Below the pieces are notes generated by a model. It did not search any database and was not told the DNA's origin. It saw only the letters and a program-made list of their open reading frames with translations. Of a stretch of DNA of 32,000 nucleotides, positions 8,561 to 16,845 are shown piece by piece; position 1 is the first letter of the stretch; every line of letters begins with the position of its first letter. Source of the DNA: Phycisphaera mikurensis NBRC 102666 (GTDB lineage: Bacteria; Planctomycetota; Phycisphaerae; Phycisphaerales; Phycisphaeraceae); NCBI RefSeq assembly GCF_000284115.1, contig NC_017080.1:1500001-1532000 (forward strand), in the 5' to 3' direction. The translations under genes and the position numbers were made by a program.

Positions 8561-10447
8561 TCAGCGCAGCGGATCCAGCGGCCGCAGCGTTGCTTCGAGG
8601 CGGAGCGTGCCGTCGGGGGCGGCGGAAGTGGTCCAGCGGAGTCGGGTGACGCCGGGCAGCGGGGGGCCGAGCAGGCCGGCGGGCGGGGCGGCCGGCTCGG
8701 CGTGCCAGCGGCCCGCCCGGCTGGAGGTCATCTCGACGCGGAGCATCTTCCCGTCGCGGCGGAGCGTGGCGCTGTCGCCATCGACCTCCACGGCGGCCTC
8801 GGTCATGAGCGTCCAGGCGACGGGCTCCTCGCGGGCGGCGGGGGCGAGGCCGGTGAGCTCGTCGGTGACGGTCACGCCGCGGTCGGGTCCGGGATCGAAC
8901 ACGAAGCGGCGGGTGGCGGTGGCGACCGACGCGCCGAGCGGCGCGGCGAGATCGAGGGCGGCAACGCCCGGGAGGTTCTCGCCGGGCGGAGCCAGCGGCT
9001 CGACGGCGATCAGCGGAGCGAAGCCGTCCACGCGGTGGAGCGCTCCGCCGATCGTCAGCGTGTTGTGCGCCTCGTTGCGGTGGTGGTAGACCCGCCAGCG
9101 GTCGCTGCCCTGGGCCCGGTCCCAAAGGTCGATCCCCTGGCTCTCGATGCTCTCGTAGTCCACCTTCCCCGGGTCCATCGCCCAGCGGACCCCGTCGGCG
9201 TCGAGCACGAAGGAGCCGGCGTCGAGGTGGCCGTGGCTGACCGAGCCGCGGCCGCCCTTGATGGCGAGGTACATCGCACCGGGGTCGCTCCATCGCTCGC
9301 GGAAGAAGGCCACCGGGTTGGGGCCGCCGCCGGACCAGCTCCGGGGCGCGTCCTCGCCGAGGGCCGTCGGGTCCAGCCGCAACCACCACAGCGGCGTGAA
9401 GACCCGGAAGCGTCCGTCGGCGGCGGTGGCTTCCTCCCAGCCGCCCGCCCGCCAGGCCGCGAGCCACCCGGGGGCGTTTGCTTCTTCCGCCACCCAGAGG
9501 AAGGCGGGGGTGAAGCTCACGCGCTCGCGGGAATCCGAGAAGTTGAAGGATCGGCCGGTGGGGCCGCGGGCGTGGGCCATGAACCCGCCGCTGGCGAGGA
9601 AGCCCGGCTCCTGCGCGAGGCCGAGATCGGTCCCCAGCGCCGTCCGCAATGCATCGAGCAGGAGGCACTGGTACGTGGTTCCATAGCTCCAGTAGGCCGG
9701 CCCCTCGGGGTGGACGCCGTCGGGAGCCATCGCCTGCAGGGCCCGGGGGTTGTGCTCCCGCACCGCGGCCAGCAGCTCGGCGAGGGCTGCGGGGTCGTCC
9801 TCGGCGATGGCCAGCGCCGCGAGGGTCAGGCCGCCGAAGCCCACGGGGTTCCAGTTGTGGGTGGCGAGCTGCCAGTGCCAGCCGTGCCGGCTGGCGGTCC
9901 GCTGGCGGAGCGCCTTGGTCTGCAACGCTCCGCGGAGGGCGACGCGGGTGTCGTCGGACAATGTGTCGAAGAGCCAGTCGTAGCCGAGGCCCACGGCGGC
10001 GGCCATCTCGGCGGTGTCCAGGAAGTGCGTGGGGTTCCAGTCGGTGAAGCCGGCGACGGCCAGCAGCTCCTCCTCGGCGCGGCGGGCGAAGCGGCCGTCG
10101 CCGGTGGTGTGGAAGGCCAGGGCACAGGCGGTGATCCGCTCCAGCGCCTCCCGGGAGACGCGCAGCAGCCGCCTCCCGACCTGCTCCCGCTGGAGGGTGG
10201 GCTGGTCGAGGCAGGCGCGGGCGCGGGCCTCCACGTTCCGCAGCAGCGCGTCCAGCACCGCGTCGCCGGCGCGCTGCGCCCGCAGGGCCGCGAGACGCTC
10301 GGGGGTGGCGATGACCCGCGGGTGACCGGCGCGAACCTCCGGCATCGACGCCAGCGGCGGGGACGGCGGCGGCGGGCCGGGGGCGGCGGGGTCCGCGGAG
10401 GTGGGCATGGCCGGAGCAGCGAGGGTCAGGCAGAGAGTGGCGGCCAC
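8561..10447 (-). CDS. Heparinase II/III-like polysaccharide lyase family protein, probably secreted
   Basis: GTG at 10447 gives VRVAATLCLTLAAPAMPTSADP (signal-like). LTIGG, HNWNPVGFGGLTLAALAIAE, MAPDGVHPEGPAYWSYG, GRGSVSHGHLDAGSFVLDADGVRWAMDPG and HHRNEAHNT are typical of this superfamily. The ORF extends to 10549. Confidence 0.85.
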   Translation of the reverse strand: MAATLCLTLAAPAMPTSADPAAPGPPPPSPPLASMPEVRAGHPRVIATPERLAALRAQRAGDAVLDALLRNVEARARACLDQPTLQREQVGRRLLRVSREALERITACALAFHTTGDGRFARRAEEELLAVAGFTDWNPTHFLDTAEMAAAVGLGYDWLFDTLSDDTRVALRGALQTKALRQRTASRHGWHWQLATHNWNPVGFGGLTLAALAIAEDDPAALAELLAAVREHNPRALQAMAPDGVHPEGPAYWSYGTTYQCLLLDALRTALGTDLGLAQEPGFLASGGFMAHARGPTGRSFNFSDSRERVSFTPAFLWVAEEANAPGWLAAWRAGGWEEATAADGRFRVFTPLWWLRLDPTALGEDAPRSWSGGGPNPVAFFRERWSDPGAMYLAIKGGRGSVSHGHLDAGSFVLDADGVRWAMDPGKVDYESIESQGIDLWDRAQGSDRWRVYHHRNEAHNTLTIGGALHRVDGFAPLIAVEPLAPPGENLPGVAALDLAAPLGASVATATRRFVFDPGPDRGVTVTDELTGLAPAAREEPVAWTLMTEAAVEVDGDSATLRRDGKMLRVEMTSSRAGRWHAEPAAPPAGLLGPPLPGVTRLRWTTSAAPDGTLRLEATLRPLDPLR

Positions 10448-10684
10448 GCGCAGTCGACCGCGGCGGCGAGGAGTCAGCGCTCCCCGGGCGGCGGGCCGCG
10501 GGCCACGAGCGGGCGCCCGGTGTCGGCGGCAAGAGGCCGATTGGCGCATCCGCCGAGGTTAGCGGGCTTCCCCACCGAGCCGGCCCGGCCGCGCCCGCTG
10601 CGTGCGTTGAAGCGCTCGACGGAGCCGCCGAGCGAGAACCCGCCGGGAACCGAAGAAAGCGACGCGGCTCCCTGCGGCGCCGAA

Positions 10685-11010
10685 GCACGCACCGGGCCTG
10701 CCTCGCGGCGGTCTGCCAAGCCTGCGAGCGGCTGAGGGGCGAGGACGGGTTCGAGCAGACCGGGGTCTGGCTGTACCGCGGTGCCGCTCTCGCCCGCGGA
10801 GCTGCTCAGGAAGCGTCAGGCGATCTTCAAGCACGAGAGCCAGAAGGACCGGCCCCGTACCCCGGGACCGACGAGCGGGCGTTCTGGGAGCGTGCCGAGG
10901 AGCGGAACCGCAACACCGCCCGGCTCTACGACCGCCTCGGCCTCGCCGAGTACGAAGCCATCGAAGCCTTCGTGCGGTGGGCCCCCGGCGAAGAGGTCGG
11001 CTGGCCGAAG
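10685..11010 (+). pseudogene. Eroded partial duplicate of the 3' end (PIG-L part) of the nagB-PIG-L gene
   Basis: Aligns by eye to 8091-8458 (e.g. GGAGCTGCTCA(G/A)GAAGCGTCAGGCGATCTTCAAGCACGAGAGCCAGAAGGACCGG), with a 41-nt deletion after TACCGCGG, a 1-nt deletion after GACCGG (frameshift) and TGA->TGG at the stop. Confidence 0.93.
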
Positions 11011-11056
11011 CCGCGGACCGCCGGCCGTTCGGGCCCCACAGGCCCGCGGTCCGCGG
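11011..11056. repeat. 46-bp palindromic element copy D (10-bp perfect arms)
   Basis: CCGCGGACCG CCGGCCGTTCGGGCCCCACAGGCCCG CGGTCCGCGG. Confidence 0.93.
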
Positions 11057-11207
11057 ATCCACGCACGAGGCGCCGCGTCGGGTTCCCCAACCGGAGTTGC
11101 CGTCCGCCGCCGCGGACCGCATCCCCCTTGCGGCCGCCCGGCGGACCCCCGTCGATGCCGGCCGCGGGAAGACCGCGATCCGCCGGCACCGCCCGGCGGT
11201 CGCTAGG

Positions 11208-12506
11208 ATGGCGAGTCTTATGCAAGACCTCCCGCTCTGCGGCTTCCTCCTCGCCTGCCTCACGCTTGGGATCGGCTCCGCCGCGGCGGCGCCCGCCGGC
11301 TCGTCCGCCGACAACCCGGCGCTGGCCGTGCGGTCGGCGGAGACCCGCCAAGACCGGGGCACGGAGGCCCCCGAGGAGTTCCGCGCCGCCTGGGTCGCGA
11401 CGGTGGCGAACATCGACTGGCCTTCCAAGCCCGGCCTCGCCACGCGGCGTCAGAAGGAGGAGCTGCTCGACCTCCTCGATGACGCCCAGGAGATCGGCCT
11501 CAACGCGCTCATCTTCCAGATCCGCCCGCACGCCGATGCGCTCTACCCCAGCGAGCTGGAGCCGTGGTCGCCGTACCTCTCGGGCACGATGGGCGAGGCG
11601 CCGCGGCCGGCGTGGGACCCGCTCGCTCTCGCGATCGAGGAGGCGCACGCCCGCGGCATCGAGCTGCACGTCTGGCTGAACCCGTACCGGGCCGGGCACC
11701 CCGACTACGAGGGCGGCTACCCCGAGAACCACGTCAGCAAGACGATGCCCGATGCGGTGCACAAGCTCGGCGACTCGGGCATGTGGTGGATCGACCCCTC
11801 CCACCCCGGGGCGAAGGCCCACACGCTCGCGGTGATCGAGGACGTGCTGACCCGCTACGACGTCGACGGGCTGCACCTCGACGACTACTTCTACCCCTAT
11901 CCCTCCTACCTGAAGGGCTTCCCGGGCGGGCAGTTCCCCGACGAGAAGAACCACGCCGCGTACCGCAAGCGCGGCGGCGAGCTCTCGCGGGACGACTGGC
12001 GGCGCGACCAGGTGAACACGCTGGTCCGCGAGATCTCCGAGCTCGTCGGGCGCGTGAAGCCCGACGCCCGCTTCGGCATCAGCCCCTTCGGGCTGCCCCG
12101 CGAGGGGAGCGTCCCGTTCATCCGAGGCTTCGACCAGTACGAGAAGCTCTACGCCGACGTGGCGCTGTGGCTCCGCGAGGGCTGGGTCGACTACCTCGCC
12201 CCGCAGCTGTACTGGCCGATCGAGAAGCCCGAGCAGTCGTTCACCGAGCTGCTCCGCTGGTGGCACGCGAACAACCCCAAGGGCAAGGACGTCTACGCCG
12301 GGCTCTACACCTCGCGCCTGCTCGGCGACGAACCGGGCTACCGCGACACCGAGATCCCGCTGCAGGTTCGCTGGAGCCGGCTGCTGACACCCGAGGGCCT
12401 CCAGCCCGGCCACATCCACTTCTCGATGACCGCGCTGCAGCAGAACCCCCGCGGGTTGGTCGAGAAGCTCCGGCCGCTGTACGACGAGCCTGCGCGGAAG
12501 GATTGA
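11208..12506 (+). CDS. GHL10-type family glycosyl hydrolase (DUF187-like), secreted
   Basis: Signal-like MQDLPLCGFLLACLTLGIGSAAAAPAG; EFRAAWVATVANIDWPSKPG, IGLNALIFQIRPHADALYPSELEPWSPYLSG, GIELHVWLNPYRAG, GLHLDDYFYPYP. Alternative start at 11220. Confidence 0.9.
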   Translation: MASLMQDLPLCGFLLACLTLGIGSAAAAPAGSSADNPALAVRSAETRQDRGTEAPEEFRAAWVATVANIDWPSKPGLATRRQKEELLDLLDDAQEIGLNALIFQIRPHADALYPSELEPWSPYLSGTMGEAPRPAWDPLALAIEEAHARGIELHVWLNPYRAGHPDYEGGYPENHVSKTMPDAVHKLGDSGMWWIDPSHPGAKAHTLAVIEDVLTRYDVDGLHLDDYFYPYPSYLKGFPGGQFPDEKNHAAYRKRGGELSRDDWRRDQVNTLVREISELVGRVKPDARFGISPFGLPREGSVPFIRGFDQYEKLYADVALWLREGWVDYLAPQLYWPIEKPEQSFTELLRWWHANNPKGKDVYAGLYTSRLLGDEPGYRDTEIPLQVRWSRLLTPEGLQPGHIHFSMTALQQNPRGLVEKLRPLYDEPARKD

Positions 12507-12508
12507 CG

Positions 12509-13204
12509 ATGCCCGACGCCCCCGCCCGCTGGTTGCTCCCGGCGCTCCTGCTCGTCGCCCCCGCCGTGCTCGCCGAGCCGGCGCCCGCGCCGTCGATCGT
12601 GATGCGGGAACGGTGGGGCGGCGAGGAGGTCGAGTACCCCGAGGCGCTCCGTCACGAGCCGGCCACGGTGCTGCTCCACCACGCGGGCGTGGCGTGGAGA
12701 GCGGGCGCCGACCCCGCCGCCTCAATGCGGGGCCTCCTCCGCTTCAGCCGCGAGGAGAAGGGCTGGCCGGACGTGCCGTACCACTTCGTGGTCGCGCCCG
12801 ATGGCCGGATCTTCGAGGGGCGGGATCTGCGGTACGCCCCGGACACGAACACGAGCTTCGACCCGACCGGGTACGTGAACGTGGAGCTGCTCGGCAACTT
12901 CGAGGAGCAACGCGTGAACGCGACGCAGCTCGACGCCGCGGTCCGCGTGGTCGCCTGGCTGGCCGACCGGCTGGAGATGCCGACCGCCGACCTCGCCACC
13001 CACGCCGGCGTCGCCCCCGGGCAGACCTCCTGCCCGGGCGCCGACTTCCTGCGCTACCTCGACGGCGGGAGCTTCCACGCCGCCGTCGACGCCGCCCGGG
13101 CGGGCGAGCCGGTGGAGATCGAGGTGCTCCCGCCGCTGCCGGACGGGCCGCAGGCCTTCGCGGAGGCGGAGGAACCGGCGGTTCCGAAGCGCAGCGCGAA
13201 TTGA
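12509..13204 (+). CDS. N-acetylmuramoyl-L-alanine amidase-like protein (amidase_2/PGRP fold), secreted
   Basis: Signal-like MPDAPARWLLPALLLVAPAVLAEP; VLLHHAGVAW, DVPYHFVVAPDGRIFEGRDLRYAPDTNTSFDPTGYVNVELLGNFEEQ, LATHAGVAPGQTSCPGADF. Confidence 0.9.
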   Translation: MPDAPARWLLPALLLVAPAVLAEPAPAPSIVMRERWGGEEVEYPEALRHEPATVLLHHAGVAWRAGADPAASMRGLLRFSREEKGWPDVPYHFVVAPDGRIFEGRDLRYAPDTNTSFDPTGYVNVELLGNFEEQRVNATQLDAAVRVVAWLADRLEMPTADLATHAGVAPGQTSCPGADFLRYLDGGSFHAAVDAARAGEPVEIEVLPPLPDGPQAFAEAEEPAVPKRSAN

Positions 13205-13279
13205 CGCTTGCCGTCGCCCGGGTCGCTCGCGACTGCTGCGCCGCTTGGCCCGCGGCGGCCTTCAGCCTGCGCGAAGCCT

Positions 13280-14074
13280 TCAGCCCGCGCGGCGGCGGCC
13301 CAGGAGGCCGAATCCGGCGAGGCCGAGGGCCAGGAGGCCGACGGGCTCGGGCACGACGTTGACCAGCGGGCCGGTGTTGTCGGCGACGACGTAAGCGAGG
13401 TTGAAGTCGCTGGTGGAGCCATCCTCGGCCCCGAGGTCGTAGAAGACGATCGAGTCGATGGTGTACGTGGTGCCGTCCAGCTCGCCGTTGCTCGCGCCGA
13501 ACAGCGGGTTCCACTGCGCGGCGTCGGCGAGGCTCCACTGGTAGAGGTGGTACTCGCCGTCGGCGATGACGTCCTGCGCCACGCTGCCCTCGGTGCCGCC
13601 GGAGCCGCCGGTCTCGTCGAGCGCGATGCGCACGCTCAGGTCCGGGGACGTCGTCTGCAGGTAGAAGCCCACGGAGCCCACGCCGCCCGCCGCGGAGACC
13701 AGGTTCGCCGCGGACGGGGCGCCGCCGTTGGCGATGTGGCGGAGCGTCCAGGCGGTGGGGACGCCGTAGTTCAGGCCGCCGCCAAAGAGGTTGTCGTCGG
13801 TGATCGACAGATTGTTCACGTAGGAGGTGCCGCCGCCGGGCGTGAAGTCCCACGGCGTCGAGCTGATCGCGGTGGTGCCGGAGACGGCGCCGCCGTTGGA
13901 GCCCGATCCCGCCGGGCCGACGCCGCTGCGGAAGATCCCGAAGCTTGGATCCACCACCTGGGTGGTCGGGTTGAACTCGGCGAAGTCCTCGATGACCACC
14001 GGGGCCGCGGTGGCCGGTGCGGCCGCGAGTGCTGCGGGCGTGGCGACACAGAAAGCGAAGCGAAAGAGAGACAT
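13280..14074 (-). CDS. PEP-CTERM sorting-signal protein
   Basis: Signal peptide MSLFRFAFCVATPAALAAAPATAAP and C-terminal VVPEPVGLLALGLAGFGLLGRRRAG. Confidence 0.9.
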   Translation of the reverse strand: MSLFRFAFCVATPAALAAAPATAAPVVIEDFAEFNPTTQVVDPSFGIFRSGVGPAGSGSNGGAVSGTTAISSTPWDFTPGGGTSYVNNLSITDDNLFGGGLNYGVPTAWTLRHIANGGAPSAANLVSAAGGVGSVGFYLQTTSPDLSVRIALDETGGSGGTEGSVAQDVIADGEYHLYQWSLADAAQWNPLFGASNGELDGTTYTIDSIVFYDLGAEDGSTSDFNLAYVVADNTGPLVNVVPEPVGLLALGLAGFGLLGRRRAG

Positions 14075-14321
14075 CCGAAAACCTCCTCGTGGGGGAGGAG
14101 CCGCAACCCGGCTCCCTGGAGTTCGCCGGCAGCGTGCGCGGCGGTGCCAAAATGGTACTAGAAGATCGGGATCGGATCAAGAACCTCCGTGAGCGACCCG
14201 TAAATAGGACGCGCCGCGGCCGCTCCCGTCGCATTATTGCCTGCGAAGAAGGCAGGGCTTGCGACGGGCTTGCGGATCTTATAGCATCATCGCGGTCGCC
14301 CCCCTCTCATCCCCCATCGTC

Positions 14322-15152
14322 ATGAAGCCAGCCACGCCCCTCCGCTCCGCCCCGATGGGCTTCACGCTCATCGAACTCCTCGTGGTGATCTCGATCATCG
14401 CGCTGCTCATCGGGATCCTGCTGCCGGCGCTCGGGGCGGCGCGGAGCAGCGCGAGGGACATGCAGTGCCTCAGCAACACGCGGCAGGTCGCCATCGCGGC
14501 CACCGCCTACGCCACCGACAACAAGGACTACAGCGTCCGCGCGACTTCGAACGGCGCCTTCACCGCGGACAACATCACCGAGTACTGGTCCGGCAAGCTG
14601 GTGATCGGTGAGTACGGCGCGACCGTCGAGATGTACCAGTGTCCGGTCTTCGAGCCGGACCCCAGCTTCACGTTCGACCCCTACGACGGGTCGGCGCTGG
14701 GGGCGATGCTGGCCAACCCCGGCCACATCAACTGGCGGATGATCGACTACGGCACCAATTGGTACACGGTCTCGGGTCGACGGAGCTACGCGCGCCCCGG
14801 GGAGACGGGCCAGCAGGCCGCCGCCCGCAGCATCCAGACCTACAACCTCGCCGACGCGAGCAACACGATTTTCGTGGCGGATTCCTGGTACGAGGCCTTC
14901 GCCGGCGCAGCCAACCAGCGCGGGATCTACGTGATCGGCGGCATCCCCACCAACGGTGGCGGCGTGCACGCGCGGCACGGGAACCAGACGATCAACATCG
15001 GGTACATGGACGGCCACGCCTCCGCCTTCGGCGTCGAGGACATCCGCTTCAACCAGCCCGGCGGTCCTTGGGACCCCGACAACCTCGGAGCCCTCTACAT
15101 CCCCGCGACGAGCGCCGCGACCACGCCCCAGAACCAGTGGGACGAGGAATAG
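14322..15152 (+). CDS. Prepilin-type N-terminal cleavage/methylation domain protein
   Basis: [69 protein letters not shown] and C-terminal [14 protein letters not shown]. Confidence 0.93.
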   Translation: MKPATPLRSAPMGFTLIELLVVISIIALLIGILLPALGAARSSARDMQCLSNTRQVAIAATAYATDNKDYSVRATSNGAFTADNITEYWSGKLVIGEYGATVEMYQCPVFEPDPSFTFDPYDGSALGAMLANPGHINWRMIDYGTNWYTVSGRRSYARPGETGQQAAARSIQTYNLADASNTIFVADSWYEAFAGAANQRGIYVIGGIPTNGGGVHARHGNQTINIGYMDGHASAFGVEDIRFNQPGGPWDPDNLGALYIPATSAATTPQNQWDEE

Positions 15153-15162
15153 GCGGATGCTC

Positions 15163-15208
15163 CCGCGGACCATGATGCGCGGGCGGCCCCGAGCCGCACG
15201 ATCCGCGG
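15163..15208. repeat. Degenerate copy E of the 46-bp palindromic element
   Basis: CCGCGGACCA TGATGCGCGGGCGGCCCCGAGCCGCA CGATCCGCGG; same total length, two arm mismatches; 10 bp after the prepilin CDS stop. Confidence 0.65.
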
Positions 15209-15261
15209 CTGCAAGGCCTTTCCGCCGCCGCGGTTGAACCCCAGCCCCCACACACCCGACC

Positions 15262-16731
15262 ATGTTCTCGCGATCCGCCTCCCCGACGCCGCTGATCCTC
15301 GGCCTCGTGTGCCTCGCCTCCGCTTCCGCCGCCGCGGTCGAAGCCGTCGAGTCCGTCACCATCCGCGACGACAACGGCAACGGGTCGTTCTTCTCGGTCG
15401 ACTTCGAGAACAACTACCTCCCCAACGTGGTGCTCCGCGAGAACGGGGCGGCTTCCTTCGAGGCGCTCAAGGCGCAGGCGGTCGCGGCCCGGACCTTCGC
15501 GTACTACAAGCTGGAGACCGGGAGTTCCTTCATCCGCAACAGCCAGGCGGACCAGGTCTACAGCCTCGGCGGTGCGCGGAGCAACCCCGGCGGGCGGTGG
15601 GACGCGGCCGTGGCCGAAACCGAGGGCGAGTTCCTCAGCTTCGACGGGATCACCACCGCGAGCTTCTACGTGGCGGGGGCGATCCCCTCCTCGCCGACCG
15701 GCTTCGCGAGCCCCTCCGACCCCGACCCGACGAACACGCAGCGGTTCGTGACCTACCCGCGCGCCGACAACCTCGCCGGCCCGAACAACCGGGGGTCGAG
15801 CCTGGGCTTCCGCGGCACGGTCAGCAATCCCAACTACCCCAACCGCGGGGCGATGAGCCAGAACGGGGCGGACGTGCTCTCCGACGAGGGGGTGCACTAC
15901 GCGGACATCCTCAAGACCTTCTACGGCGGCGACATCCAGCTGGGCGTGGCGAGCCAGACCCGCGGGCAGACGCCCTTCGGCGAGAAGAAGCTGGCGACCT
16001 TCGAGCGCAACGACGAGACCTTCGTCCGCCCGCTCACCTTCGCGGGCCAGGCCCGCAACCTCGGGGGCGGCACCTCCGTCGCCCGCACCGCCGCGCGGGC
16101 GACGACCCCCGGGGGGATCTCCCAGGAGCTGGTGATCGACTACGACCCGGTGGCGGACGCGGCCGACGGCGGCGTGGACGGGTTCTTCGTCCGTCACCTC
16201 TCGGGCGCGTCGCTGAGCCAGCGGCTGACGGCGCTGACCAGCGGGACGGTCATCAACCCCGCGGCGGACCCGGTGGGCAACGTGATCCTGCCCACCACCG
16301 GCACGATCGGCTTCTCGCTGCTGGCGGAGCCGGACCCCGCCGCCCTCCCGGGGGCGGCGGCGGGCTTGGAGGTCGCCCTCGCGATCGACGACTTCGGCGA
16401 CGACTCGATCCTGGGCTCGACCACGGAGCAGTCGTTCTTCCAGCCGGTGGTCGCCGACGGGACCTGGCGCCGCTACGAGTGGTCGCTCGAAGACGCGGCC
16501 TTCGCCTCCGCCTTCGGGGCGGCCGGCGACGGGGTGCTGGGCTCCCGCTTCACGCTCGACTCGATCCTCCTCCGCGGCTTCGGCGACGCGACGGTGTACC
16601 TCGACGACGTGTTCTTCGACGCCACGGGCGTGGTCATCCCCGAGCCGACGGCGCTGGTGGCGCTCCTGCTGGCGGGCGCGGCGGCGGGGTCCCGCCGGCG
16701 GCGGAGGGGCTTGATCTCCCCGGCGGGGTGA
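15262..16731 (+). CDS. SpoIID/LytB-like domain protein with PEP-CTERM anchor
   Basis: Signal-like MFSRSASPTPLILGLVCLASASAAA; NNYLPNVVLRENGAASFEALKAQAVAARTFAYYKLETGSSFIRNSQADQVYSLGG and WDAAVAETEGEFLSFDGITTASFY resemble SpoIID; C-terminal VIPEPTALVALLLAGAAAGSRRRRR. Confidence 0.82.
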   Translation: MFSRSASPTPLILGLVCLASASAAAVEAVESVTIRDDNGNGSFFSVDFENNYLPNVVLRENGAASFEALKAQAVAARTFAYYKLETGSSFIRNSQADQVYSLGGARSNPGGRWDAAVAETEGEFLSFDGITTASFYVAGAIPSSPTGFASPSDPDPTNTQRFVTYPRADNLAGPNNRGSSLGFRGTVSNPNYPNRGAMSQNGADVLSDEGVHYADILKTFYGGDIQLGVASQTRGQTPFGEKKLATFERNDETFVRPLTFAGQARNLGGGTSVARTAARATTPGGISQELVIDYDPVADAADGGVDGFFVRHLSGASLSQRLTALTSGTVINPAADPVGNVILPTTGTIGFSLLAEPDPAALPGAAAGLEVALAIDDFGDDSILGSTTEQSFFQPVVADGTWRRYEWSLEDAAFASAFGAAGDGVLGSRFTLDSILLRGFGDATVYLDDVFFDATGVVIPEPTALVALLLAGAAAGSRRRRRGLISPAG

Positions 16732-16845
16732 ACCCCGGCGGGACCCCACGCGGACGTGGATGCCGGGCCATCGCCCGCTCCTCCGCGCGACCCGGGCGGT
16801 GGCACCCGGCTCGGAAAGCTTCCCTCCTCCCGCGCACGCACGCGC

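Noticed and set aside
10450-10510. CCGCGG...CCGCGG pair in the region upstream of the heparinase-like gene
   Set aside because: Offset is 38 rather than 40 bp and the rest of the arms do not match, so it does not fit the element.
16689-16744. GTCCCGCCGG / CCGGCGGGAC 10-bp inverted repeat spanning the stop of the SpoIID-like gene
   Set aside because: Possible terminator, but the 36-nt loop and GC-only arms make it weak in this composition; not called.
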